NCBI GenBank assembly: GCA_963816145.1
Contig: CAWFJP010000030.1
Coordinates: 256,001-320,000, forward strand
DNA from: an uncultured delta proteobacterium
GTDB taxonomy: Bacteria; Desulfobacterota; Binatia; UBA9968
Direction: 5' to 3'
DNA length: 64,000 bases
Shown piece after piece: positions 21,249 to 30,656 of the stretch. The position numbers and the translations under genes are program-made. The notes beneath the pieces are model-generated. The model saw only the letters and a list, made by a program, of their open reading frames with translations, was not told where the DNA came from and did not search any database. Within the stretch, counting starts at the first letter, position 1. Every line of letters starts with the position of its first letter.

Positions 21249-21944
21249 ATGGCAATTCGAATCGCCACTCTTTGCTCTGCACTGCTCTGCTGCGTGCTGG
21301 TCCTCGCCGACTCAACCAGCCTTCGCGCCGCTGCGGCGCCAGCGCTGACTGCGCGCGAGCCTGGGACACCGCTCTATGCACGCCAGGATCGCGAGTCCAA
21401 CCCGATCATACGCTTGCCGAAAGGCGAAGTCCTAACACCGATAGCGGAGAGTGTCGGCCAAGAGATTTGGTATATGGTGCGCACCATGCAAGGCCAGATC
21501 GGCTGGGTGCGCGCGGCGGATGTCGGTGCCAGCGAGCAGGTCAAAGAAATTTCAATAGAAAAGGAACCCGAGTCGTCCAATTGGGCGGTGGTTACGAATG
21601 ACGGCAGAACTTTCAATGGCAGTTACAGCGTCGATGCGAATTCGACCGACCGATCGGTGCACGGCGTTTGGGCATTGCGCGATGCCAACGGAAACACCGT
21701 GCTTCGTGGCGCCTGGTCCGCGCAAATGCAGAGCACGGGCTGGAAAGGCAGCTGGCGGGCGTCATTCGAAAGTAGCCAGGGCGATCTTACCGGCAGTTGG
21801 TCCGCGGAGCTGCCGGCCGCGGGCACTCGGCAGTTTGCCAGAATGTTCGAGTTGGCAGCCAAAGACGCGATCAAAGGCCTCTGGTCCGGCGCCAATCAGT
21901 CCGGCAGCTGGTCGATCAAAACGTTCAAACCAACGGTCGAATAA
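21249..21944 (+). CDS. Secreted SH3b-domain protein, paralog 2
   Basis: LPKGEVLT...WYMVRTMQGQIGWV; C-terminus KGLWSGANQSGSWSIKTFK nearly identical to paralog 1. Confidence 0.75.
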   Translation: MAIRIATLCSALLCCVLVLADSTSLRAAAAPALTAREPGTPLYARQDRESNPIIRLPKGEVLTPIAESVGQEIWYMVRTMQGQIGWVRAADVGASEQVKEISIEKEPESSNWAVVTNDGRTFNGSYSVDANSTDRSVHGVWALRDANGNTVLRGAWSAQMQSTGWKGSWRASFESSQGDLTGSWSAELPAAGTRQFARMFELAAKDAIKGLWSGANQSGSWSIKTFKPTVE

Positions 21945-22153
21945 TCCTCCTCGTCTAACCGGCGAAAAAATTTTCGAAGGCATCGCCCATGCCGTGAGCA
22001 CCGACATCACACAACACCGCAGCCGGTATATTAGTATGTTTGTTGAAGACTCCTGCCGTGCCATGCTAATCAAAGCTACGGCGTACGCATGGCACCGAAG
22101 ACTCGCAACAGCGCATCCTACCCACAAATTTTTCAATCATCGGCAATTGCCCA

Positions 22154-23809
22154 ATGGATCACGGGGCCGGGAGATCGGCTTTAATGCTGCGCTCCTATAA
22201 CCGCTTCGCGGTCCTGGCCGGCTCATTGATCGCGGTATTGCTGGCGCTGAGTTTGCTCTACATGCTCGGCATGTATTACCTCGAAGGTAAGCCGAGAAGT
22301 TTCATGCAGGCTCTGCAATGGGCCGCCGGCACGGCATCGACCACCGGTTACGGCGGCGATCTCTCCTGGCAGCATCCGGTGATGGTGGTATACGTCGTCT
22401 TCGCGCAGTTCATCGGCGTCATCTTGCTCTTCCTGGTTTTTCCGATCTATCTGATTCCGTTTCTCGAAGCGCGGTTCGAAACCAAATTGCCGAAAGAATC
22501 GGCCAATGCCAGGAATCATGTGGTGATCTTCGACTACGGTCCGGCGGTCGCCACACTGATCACCGAACTGGAGCAAGCGAACATTCCCACGGTTGTCATT
22601 GATGAAGACGAGAACGATGCGCGTCACCTGTTAGAACAAGGCCACCGGGTAATTTACGGCAATCTCGACGAAGGCGTTTTGGAAAAATCCAATCTCAGCG
22701 CGGCCCGTGCGCTGATCGTCAACAGCAGCGATGACCGCAACGCCGCGACGATTTTAGCAGCGCGCCAGTTGGGCTTCACGGGCGAGATTCTCGCCTTGGT
22801 CGAAGACCCGTATCATCGCCAACCGATCATTCTCGCCGGCGCCAGCGGCGCCTACACGCCGCGCCACGTCCTTGGCGCAGCCCTCGCCGCCCGCGCCAGT
22901 CAAAAAGTCAGCCCGACGGTCGCGGGCATTCAACATCTCGGCCACAAACTCCAAGTCGCCGAGGCGCGCATCACCCGCGACAGTTCGCTCGCCGGCAAAA
23001 CGCTCGCCGAGGCCGATCTCGGCCAGCACGCCGGTGTGACGGTGATCGGCCAGTGGGTCAGCGGCAAGTTGATCGCACCGTCGGCGCCGAGCATGCGCCT
23101 CGAAGCGGGCGGCATCCTCATCCTCGTCGGCAACGACGCCAGCATCCGCAATTTTATGAATCTGTGCGCCGGCGCGCGCCAGCTGCGCCGCGACGGACCG
23201 TTTCTGATCGCCGGCGGCGGTGAAGTCGGGCGCAAAGTCGCCGAACTGCTCACCGACTGCGGCGAAGAAACTTTCATGATCGATACTCGCCCCGGGCCGG
23301 GAGTGAATCTGGTCGGTAACGTGCTCGACACCCAGATCCTCAAACAAGCAGGTTTAGAAAATGTCCAGGCGGTAATCCTCGCGCTCAGCGCCGATGCAAC
23401 GACGATATTCAGCACTGTCATCGTCAAGGACTTAGCGCCCGATGTTCCGGTCATCGCTCGGGTCAATCGCGCCGAGAACGTCGAACGAATCTACGCCGCC
23501 GGCGCCGATTTCGCCTTGTCGATCAGCCAGGTCTCCGGACAACTGCTCGCCTGGCGACTGCTCGGCAAAGAATCGGTGGCCGTAGACCCCGAGCTACGGG
23601 TCATCAAAGTGTCCACCCGCGGCTTGGAGCATCTTAAACAAAATGATCTGCGCGAAAAAACCGGCTGCTCCATCGTAGCGGTGGAGCGGGGCGAGGACCT
23701 ATTGGTGGAGTTCGGCGCTGAATTTAAGTTTCGATCCGGCGATGCCGTGTATGTCTGCGGCAGCGTGGAAGCGACGCAGAAGTTCTATCAGCAGTTTCCG
23801 CAGGAATAA
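22154..23809 (+). CDS. Potassium channel with two RCK (TrkA-N/TrkA-C) pairs
   Basis: Two TM segments with pore motif TTGYG; HVVIFDYG and IAGGGEVG Rossmann motifs; TrkA-C SLAGKTL and CSIVAVERG. Confidence 0.85.
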   Translation: MDHGAGRSALMLRSYNRFAVLAGSLIAVLLALSLLYMLGMYYLEGKPRSFMQALQWAAGTASTTGYGGDLSWQHPVMVVYVVFAQFIGVILLFLVFPIYLIPFLEARFETKLPKESANARNHVVIFDYGPAVATLITELEQANIPTVVIDEDENDARHLLEQGHRVIYGNLDEGVLEKSNLSAARALIVNSSDDRNAATILAARQLGFTGEILALVEDPYHRQPIILAGASGAYTPRHVLGAALAARASQKVSPTVAGIQHLGHKLQVAEARITRDSSLAGKTLAEADLGQHAGVTVIGQWVSGKLIAPSAPSMRLEAGGILILVGNDASIRNFMNLCAGARQLRRDGPFLIAGGGEVGRKVAELLTDCGEETFMIDTRPGPGVNLVGNVLDTQILKQAGLENVQAVILALSADATTIFSTVIVKDLAPDVPVIARVNRAENVERIYAAGADFALSISQVSGQLLAWRLLGKESVAVDPELRVIKVSTRGLEHLKQNDLREKTGCSIVAVERGEDLLVEFGAEFKFRSGDAVYVCGSVEATQKFYQQFPQE

Positions 23810-23818
23810 GACCGGAGG

Positions 23819-24013
23819 ATTTAACCACAAAGAGCACAAAGGATACAAAGGTTTCAGAACGGTTACCTGTCACACTCCACAACCCGGGGAGAAGCTCCAA
23901 CCACTGGGAGCTTCCTCTCCTACAATTCCGGTTAACCCTTTTGCGTTCACCGCGCCATTCGCGGTGAAATATACGATTCCGAATCTTTTACTTTGTGACC
24001 TTTGTGGTTAAAT
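23819..24013. repeat. MITE/REP-like element with 23-bp imperfect terminal inverted repeats of 9-bp period
   Basis: ATTTAACCACAAAGAGCACAAAG ... CTTTGTGACCTTTGTGGTTAAAT, between convergent genes. Confidence 0.8.
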
Positions 24014-24017
24014 CTTC

Positions 24018-25076
24018 CTAATTCCCCGGCGACAACATAGGGCGCAACTTTTCCTTGAGCTTGACTGGCATCGACAGACCGTCAGCGATCATGCCGCGCA
24101 GTTGCTCGCCGGAGATTGGGCCGAGAGAGAGTCGCGATTTTTCCGCTTCGGCTAGCAATTCCGGATCACGCAGGGTTTTTTGCAGCGCGGCTTCGAGGGC
24201 GCGGACTCGATCGACCGGCACGGCAGGCGGCAAGGCGTAGGGACGGGCGTAGCTATTGGGTTTCACCAAACCCAAGCGAAACAGCTGCTTCTCCTCATCG
24301 TTACGGGCAAATTGGTAGATCGACGGGACGCTTTTCTGCGGCAGGTCCGTGAGCGGCTCCTCGACCCATTGGGACAAGATCTGCCATTCGCCGGTTTCGA
24401 ACTCTTTCATGTTGGTCACTCGCAGCGACTCCCAGCCGGTGACCACGCTGTCGACCTCTCCCGACTTCATCGCCAGGCGGATCTCCGCGGTGCCTTTGAA
24501 ACCGTTGACAACTTTCACGTTAGCGCCGAAGACCTCGCGCATCAGCATCGCGGCATGTTGAATGCCGGTGTTGGGCACCGCGCCGATCACCACCTGCTTA
24601 CCGCCGGCAATGAAATCTTCCATTTTGCCGATGCCAGGCTTCTTGGTCACCACCATGATGTATTTGAAAAAATCCGGCGCGCCGATGTAATTGAACTTGG
24701 CGAGATCGAACTGCACCGACTTCGAGCCATAAATCTGCATCGGCACGATGCCGCCGTCGAAGCTATTGATCAGCGTGCCGTCTTTGGGCGCTTGATTGTA
24801 GGTATAGTTCGCCGAGATCAGCGTGCCCGCGCCGGGCATGTTGTTGACGAGAATGTTGGGATTGCCGGGAATATGCTTGCCGAGATGGCGCGAGATCACC
24901 CGTGCGTAGGTATCGAATCCGCCGCCGGCCGAGTGGCCGACCAGAATCGTCACGGTCTTGCCGCGGTAAAAGTTGGCGACCGCCTTCTCGTCATAGCCAG
25001 CCTCCGCGGCAATCGCAGCACGACCCATTGTCCCGAACAGCATCACCGCCACAAGCGTCGAAATATTTCGTTTCAT
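24018..25076 (-). CDS. Tripartite tricarboxylate transporter substrate-binding protein (TctC/Bug family)
   Basis: VGHSAGGGFDTYAR, NMPGAG, APKDG, GFKGTAEIRLAMKSGEV. Confidence 0.9.
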   Translation of the reverse strand: MKRNISTLVAVMLFGTMGRAAIAAEAGYDEKAVANFYRGKTVTILVGHSAGGGFDTYARVISRHLGKHIPGNPNILVNNMPGAGTLISANYTYNQAPKDGTLINSFDGGIVPMQIYGSKSVQFDLAKFNYIGAPDFFKYIMVVTKKPGIGKMEDFIAGGKQVVIGAVPNTGIQHAAMLMREVFGANVKVVNGFKGTAEIRLAMKSGEVDSVVTGWESLRVTNMKEFETGEWQILSQWVEEPLTDLPQKSVPSIYQFARNDEEKQLFRLGLVKPNSYARPYALPPAVPVDRVRALEAALQKTLRDPELLAEAEKSRLSLGPISGEQLRGMIADGLSMPVKLKEKLRPMLSPGN

Positions 25077-25103
25077 AAGTCCTCCAGCCTTTATCGTCCC
25101 ATG

Positions 25104-25733
25104 CTATGCCGACAGCTTGGCCATCAGAGATTGCGAATCCATCACCACGCCAAAGTGCTTGTCGAAGTTGTTGAGCGTCGCCTCCTGCTCGGCTTGGGAG
25201 AAGGACGCGTTGCAATCCGAGAGAAACAGCACTTTGAAATCGCGCATGGCGCCGTCCCGCGCCGTGCTGTCGCAGCAAACGTTGGTCGCCACTCCGGTGA
25301 TGGCGATCGTGTCGCGTCCCATGGCGCGCAAAAGATTCTCCAACTGCGTGCCGTAAAAGCCGCTGTAGCGAAATTTTTTGACCAAGATATCTTCCGCCGT
25401 CGGCTTAACCGGCTCATAGATCTCCGCCCCCGGCGCGCCTTCGAAATTGTTCCATTCGTCATCGGCGTCATGGGTTTGCGGCTTTATATCGGCGAAGATA
25501 CCGACGTCGGCGAGATCGCGCCGCTTGGTGGTATGAAGATAGATCACCGGCACTTTGCTGGCGTGGCAGAAGCGCAGCAGTTGTTGAATCTTCGGCACGA
25601 TATCCTCGGACGACGGCAAGTAACGCGCGCCGCGCGGGTGTACCCAGATATTTTGCATGTCGACCAGGATCAGTGCGACATTTTTGGTCGTGATCGGCCA
25701 ATGATCGGCGGGCCGGCCTTGAGTCGCTGTCAT
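25104..25733 (-). CDS. Isochorismatase-family cysteine hydrolase
   Basis: ALILVDMQN, KFRYSGFYGT, GVATNVCCDSTARD. Confidence 0.9.
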   Translation of the reverse strand: MTATQGRPADHWPITTKNVALILVDMQNIWVHPRGARYLPSSEDIVPKIQQLLRFCHASKVPVIYLHTTKRRDLADVGIFADIKPQTHDADDEWNNFEGAPGAEIYEPVKPTAEDILVKKFRYSGFYGTQLENLLRAMGRDTIAITGVATNVCCDSTARDGAMRDFKVLFLSDCNASFSQAEQEATLNNFDKHFGVVMDSQSLMAKLSA

Positions 25734-25869
25734 CTTCCCTCCTAAATAACATCAATTGAATCGCGCTGAACGCATCTAAGCAGCGACGCGCCAACCTGTC
25801 AATTCCATTCGTCTCCGATTGATTGGACAGCTCCGCAACGGCTATGGTAGCGTGCCGCAACGACATAGC

Positions 25870-26520
25870 ATGAAAACCCCAATGGCTCGCAGTAAACCCG
25901 GCAAACAGCGCATCCACTTTTCCATGCTGCGCGATTATCGCGCCGCCGATCTGATCACTCTGGCGAACGCCGGCGCCGGCATGGCCGCCGTTTTGTTTAT
26001 GATGAGCTACTTGACGACGGCCGAAGAGTGGCGGGTCTACTTGTCGCTCGCCCTGATACCCGTTGCCCTATTCTTCGATATCGCCGATGGCCGGGTGGCA
26101 CGCCGTCACGGCGAACACTCGCCCTTCGGCCAGGAGCTCGACTCGCTCGCGGACATCGTCAGCTTCGGCGTCGCCCCTGCCGCCCTGGGCTATGGTTTGG
26201 GCTTGCGCGGCGGCCTCGATCTTATCATTCTAATTTTCTTCGTCGCCTGCGGCATCAGCCGGCTGGCGCGTTACAACGTCACCGCGAGTCAGTTGAGCGA
26301 CGACAGCGGCAAAGTAAAATACTTCGAAGGCACGCCGATCCCGTCGAGCCTGTTGTTGGTAGCCCTGCTGGCGCTGTGCTTTTACTTCGGACGCACCGGC
26401 GAGAAACTACCCTTGGCGAAAATCGAACTCTTTGGTATTGGCTTGCATCCGTTCGCCCTGCTATTTTTTGCCAACGGATGCACGATGATCAGCAAGACCC
26501 TAAAGATCCCCAAACTGTAA
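25870..26520 (+). CDS. pssA: CDP-diacylglycerol--serine O-phosphatidyltransferase
   Basis: DIADGRVARR...GQELDSLADIVSFGVAP, RLARYN, YFEGTPIP. Confidence 0.85.
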   Translation: MKTPMARSKPGKQRIHFSMLRDYRAADLITLANAGAGMAAVLFMMSYLTTAEEWRVYLSLALIPVALFFDIADGRVARRHGEHSPFGQELDSLADIVSFGVAPAALGYGLGLRGGLDLIILIFFVACGISRLARYNVTASQLSDDSGKVKYFEGTPIPSSLLLVALLALCFYFGRTGEKLPLAKIELFGIGLHPFALLFFANGCTMISKTLKIPKL

Positions 26521-26704
26521 CGCTAACCAACCGTCGTGACGAGACATCAGGATTTATTAACGAATTGGATTCCACCTCTAAGAGCAGAAAGGGCTCGGAT
26601 ACTTTAGAATCCTATATTCGTGCTTTTCACGTCCTTCGTGGTGATAAAAATAAACGAAGGCAACCCTCATCCACAGAGAATTCACTAGGATCAAGGACAC
26701 ACCA

Positions 26705-27676
26705 ATGCAGCGAAAATTGATATTTACATTAACCTTAATCTTCGCGATGACCTTTCTCTGCGGTCGGCTCGCCGCCCAGGACAAAGTTCGGGTCGCGATC
26801 TCGAATTTCTCTGCATCGTATATCCCCATGGTGCTCGCCAACAAGCGCGGCTATTACACTGAGGAAGGCATGACGGTCGAAATCATCTTGATGGCCGGAC
26901 TCACCAGCACCCGGGCGCTCATCGGCAACAGCGTCGAGTTCGGCTCGGCGAGCAATCCGACCGCAGCTGTGCAAGGCGCCAAATTGAAAATCCTCATGGT
27001 GTTCAACGACAAGCCGCCCGGCAGCTTCATGGCGCAGCCGGGATTCAAAAGCATCGCCGAACTCCGCGGCAAACGGGTCGGCGGATCGACCGTCGGCAGC
27101 CTGGACTACGGGTGGCTGAAAGAGGTCCTGCCCAAGTTCGGCTTGAATCTGGAGAAGGATGTGAACTTCGTCCCGGTGGGCTCGACCAGCGCGCGCTACG
27201 TCGCGCTCCGAGCCGGCAGCATCGACGCCGCGTCGCTGAGCCCGCCGTCGAGCCTGCTGGCGCAGTCTTTGGGCTATCCAACATTTTTTAATTTCGCTGA
27301 TCACTTGGAAGACATCCAAGCATCCATCGTCGCCAGCGACGACCGCTTGGCCCGCCAAGGCGACTTGGTGCGCCGCTTTATGCGCGCCACGGTCAAAGGG
27401 CAGCGCGTCTATCAGGGGCACCGACAAGAAAGTATCACAGCGATCATGGAATTCACCCGGCAAAAAGATCGCGACCTCATGGCGCGCGTCTACGACGATC
27501 ACATGAAGACTGTCGCCAAGGACGGCACCATCAGCGAACGGCTGCAGCGCATTGTCATCGAGCGCAGCAAGCGATTCACTGGCGTGACCCGCGACGTGCG
27601 GCCGGAAGAGATTTTTGATTTTTCCCACTTGCGGCGAGCACAAGCAGAAGTCAGTCAGAGCGGCTGGACTCCCTAG
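26705..27676 (+). CDS. ABC transporter substrate-binding protein (NMT1/SsuA-like)
   Basis: Signal peptide, RGYYTEEG, ELRGKRVG, ALRAGSIDA. Confidence 0.85.
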   Translation: MQRKLIFTLTLIFAMTFLCGRLAAQDKVRVAISNFSASYIPMVLANKRGYYTEEGMTVEIILMAGLTSTRALIGNSVEFGSASNPTAAVQGAKLKILMVFNDKPPGSFMAQPGFKSIAELRGKRVGGSTVGSLDYGWLKEVLPKFGLNLEKDVNFVPVGSTSARYVALRAGSIDAASLSPPSSLLAQSLGYPTFFNFADHLEDIQASIVASDDRLARQGDLVRRFMRATVKGQRVYQGHRQESITAIMEFTRQKDRDLMARVYDDHMKTVAKDGTISERLQRIVIERSKRFTGVTRDVRPEEIFDFSHLRRAQAEVSQSGWTP

Positions 27677-27721
27677 AATCCTTCAGACACTTTTCGGCAT
27701 GAAACGACTCAGTTGTTCGGC

Positions 27722-27790
27722 GAGATCTCTCACTCCGTTCGAGATGACAAAGCGTTACTATTTGTCATTTCAAGCATAGCGAGAAATCTT
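27722..27790. repeat. Two TGTC-type REP halves in tail-to-tail arrangement
   Basis: GAGATCTCTCACTCCGTTCGAGATGACAA and TTGTCATTTCAAGCATAGCGAGAAATCT. Confidence 0.65.
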
Positions 27791-27866
27791 CCAGGCTCTC
27801 GGCAGTTCAGCCGAACTGAACCGCGCTGCTCCCGTGGTGTGCAATGATCCTGGGCAGCGACCCCGC

Positions 27867-28259
27867 TCAGTTATTGCTGGGCCGGGCAAACCAGCTTAAC
27901 CGCTCGTCGATATCTTCCCACTCGATCACCAAACCCTTTACTTTTGTCTTTTCGCGATTTGGCCGGTCGGCATTGTCCGCCGGTCTTTTCGTAGCGCTGC
28001 GGTTTTGAGGTTTTGGCGCGACTCCAGCCTCTCGCGGAGCCGGCTGACGCAAGGTTGGATTCTGCGCGACGATCACCGGCTCGTCTGCTGCGGTGGTGCG
28101 CAGGACCCGTAATCTTCGCTGCAAATAGGTGTCCGTGGGCCATGACCATGTATGCGACGGCAGGCGATCCTCGCGGTACTCCGCGCCGTTGACCTTGCTG
28201 TTACTGAACACATCCAACCAAAAACTTCGCATCTTCTGATCATGATCTGGCTTGCTCAT
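27867..28259 (-). CDS. Hypothetical protein
   Basis: GAGAGGA RBS before ATG; 130 aa; no recognised motif. Confidence 0.5.
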   Translation of the reverse strand: MSKPDHDQKMRSFWLDVFSNSKVNGAEYREDRLPSHTWSWPTDTYLQRRLRVLRTTAADEPVIVAQNPTLRQPAPREAGVAPKPQNRSATKRPADNADRPNREKTKVKGLVIEWEDIDERLSWFARPSNN

Positions 28260-28572
28260 CTCGCGGTCCTCTCAATTCGTTTTGTTCGCTACGCGTAACG
28301 ATAGGAATGGATAGAACTGACACCGCCGAAAAACTGGCGTCACACTACGCGGCTAGCTTCGGCGATTACCTGAGCCTAGCGCAGTTTGCGTACCATGGCG
28401 CGCTTGTCCATCCTTGTCACAAGATCGGCGGCGATGATCCAAATTTTGGACGGGACAGCTAAGGCAGTTTTGCCGCGGTGAAATGAGATCAATTACGGAT
28501 CGGGTAGACAGGATAAGATTGGAGTTCCGTATTGCCGGGCGGTTCAGCCGCAACAAAAGAAACGCAAAAGGT

Positions 28573-28657
28573 ATTCACCACGAAGAGCACGAAGCACACG
28601 AAGGTTTCGGAAATCAATAAGACCGAACTTCGCAATCTTCGTGTCCCGCGCGGTGAG
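28573..28657. repeat. Palindromic element with 9-bp-period inverted ends
   Basis: TTCACCACGAAGAGCACGAAGCACACGAAG...CTTCGCAATCTTCGTGTCCCGCGCGGTGA. Confidence 0.7.
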
Positions 28658-28698
28658 ATTGGATTTTTGCATCAAGCATGCAACTGAAGCGCTCTGGT

Positions 28699-29604
28699 CT
28701 ATTTCAACCAGCCGGTTTCCTTGTACGCTCGGTTCGCGCCGGGATGCAGCGGCACACCGCCGAACTCGAAGGCAGCGGCGCCGTTGGCGCGCAGCGGGTC
28801 GAAGAGGCTTTTCAGGCCTTTGAACAGCGGGTTCATTTGCGGCAGCTTGTCGAGGTTATCGGCGATCGACCTCGCCATGGCGTAGACCGTGCTTTCGGCG
28901 ACGCTTTCATGGGTGACGATGACGTTGATCACGCCCACCTGGACAATGTCTTCGACCACACCGCGAAAGGCGTTTTTCTCCACCGTTACCGGCCGGTAGA
29001 ACGGAACCTGGGCGAAGAGCTTATCGAGCTGCGCTGGCGCAAACGGAATCACCCGAAGGTCGGCGCGCTGGCTCAGATCAGTGAGAACGGCGTTGGGAAT
29101 GGGCGGGTGAAACTGCACGTCGATCTTGCCATCGATCAGCGCGTCAGCGCCCTCGGCGAAACCCATATGCACCGGCGTGAAACTGTCAAAGGAAATCCCC
29201 AGCACATTGAAAATCGTGTGGATATGCTGCTCCATGCCGCTGCCTTTGGTACCGATCGCGATCCGTTTGCCGGCGAAGTTGGCGACCGAGTGGATCGGCG
29301 CATTGGCCAACCGCACGAAGCACATGGGCCCGGCGTTGGCCGGCGCCACCATGCGAATGGCGATATTTTTCGTAAACGGCGCCGTGGCGTCTTTGGCGCG
29401 GCCGATCCAATTGGACGCCATGAAGCCAAACTCGAGGCTGCCGGCGTCCAATTGCTTGGCATTGTGGATGCTAGCATCGCTGGTTTCGACGACGCACTCA
29501 TCGCCGGCCACTCGTCCCTGGTTGAATAGCTCCGCGATCGCTTGCCCCTGAGTATAAAAAGTCCCGCCGAGCTCCGAAGTTCCGATTCGAATTGCCATCG
29601 CCAT
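28699..29604 (-). CDS. TAXI-family TRAP transporter solute-binding subunit
   Basis: IGTSELGGTFYTQG, ASIHNAKQL, GKRIAIGTKGSG, VPLHPGANRAYKETG. Confidence 0.9.
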   Translation of the reverse strand: MAMAIRIGTSELGGTFYTQGQAIAELFNQGRVAGDECVVETSDASIHNAKQLDAGSLEFGFMASNWIGRAKDATAPFTKNIAIRMVAPANAGPMCFVRLANAPIHSVANFAGKRIAIGTKGSGMEQHIHTIFNVLGISFDSFTPVHMGFAEGADALIDGKIDVQFHPPIPNAVLTDLSQRADLRVIPFAPAQLDKLFAQVPFYRPVTVEKNAFRGVVEDIVQVGVINVIVTHESVAESTVYAMARSIADNLDKLPQMNPLFKGLKSLFDPLRANGAAAFEFGGVPLHPGANRAYKETGWLK

Positions 29605-29841
29605 GAGCCTCCCGTCTTTGTCTCTCAACGTCTTACACCAGCCCACCGCAGCGCTGCAAATGACGGGCGCGCTAAAATCACGGCGGCAACGACCGACTTG
29701 CGTCTAATGATAGCGTCAAGCCTCGACGCTACGAGTCCTGCCCTATCTCTATCTCTGTCCTCCGATCCAACCTTTTCAGTTGCTCGCCGCAAACCAACAG
29801 CGCTATAGTCGCGAGCGAATCGAACGATAAGGGAGACCAGC

Positions 29842-30645
29842 ATGCCATTTGTTAATCGTGACGGCGCCGAGATCTATTACGAAGTACACGGAGACGGTTC
29901 GCCGTTGCTTTTTTGCAGCGTTACCGGCCTCGATCATCAAGCCTGGAAGTTTCACCAGGTGCCGGAGTTTTGCCGCGATCACAAAGTCATCCTGTTCGAC
30001 TATCGCGGCACCGGCAAGTCGAGCAAAAGGATCGAGAAATATTCGATCCAGATGTTCACCGACGACGCCGCGGCGATCTTGGACCATCTCGAGGTCGAGC
30101 AAGCGATCGTCTGCGGCCATTCCATGGGCGGCGTGGTGGCGCAGCTCTTAACGCTCGACTATCCGACCATGGTGAAGAAATTGATCCTCGCTTCCAGCGG
30201 CTCGGCTCACCCGGGCGCCCACGGCATCCCGCTCGCCATGTGCCGCGACATGGTGCGCGACGGATTCAAAGCCTATATCCGCAAGCACACCATCGAAACC
30301 GGCTGGACCAAGAAGTTCGTGGCGGAGAATCCCGATCTGATCGAGAAGTTCTTGCAGGTCAGGATGTCCGGTATCGCGCCGCTGGAAAACTATCTCTACT
30401 TTGTCCTGGCGCGCCAGGAGCACGACCACACCGCTCGTTTGCAGAATATCAACGTGCCCACCCTCGTCATGGTCGGCGATGACGAGAACCATGGCGCCAC
30501 CGACAACACCCACTGGGCTTCCGCGCACCAACTGGCGCGCGCGATTCCCAAAGCGAAATTAGTCATTCTCGCCGGCGAAGGTCACCATTATCTGGCAACC
30601 AATCCGGCAGCGGCGCACAAAGCGATCCGAGAATTCATCGCTTAG
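29842..30645 (+). CDS. Alpha/beta hydrolase
   Basis: DYRGTGKS, GHSMGG, PTLVMVGD, GEGHH. Confidence 0.9.
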   Translation: MPFVNRDGAEIYYEVHGDGSPLLFCSVTGLDHQAWKFHQVPEFCRDHKVILFDYRGTGKSSKRIEKYSIQMFTDDAAAILDHLEVEQAIVCGHSMGGVVAQLLTLDYPTMVKKLILASSGSAHPGAHGIPLAMCRDMVRDGFKAYIRKHTIETGWTKKFVAENPDLIEKFLQVRMSGIAPLENYLYFVLARQEHDHTARLQNINVPTLVMVGDDENHGATDNTHWASAHQLARAIPKAKLVILAGEGHHYLATNPAAAHKAIREFIA

Positions 30646-30656
30646 GAGCAAAATCC

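Noticed and set aside
24180-25745. Long antisense ORFs (e.g. 24180..25745, 26735..27643, 28678..29529, 46778..47620)
   Set aside because: They lie opposite well-supported genes, which is a typical artefact of high-GC codon bias.
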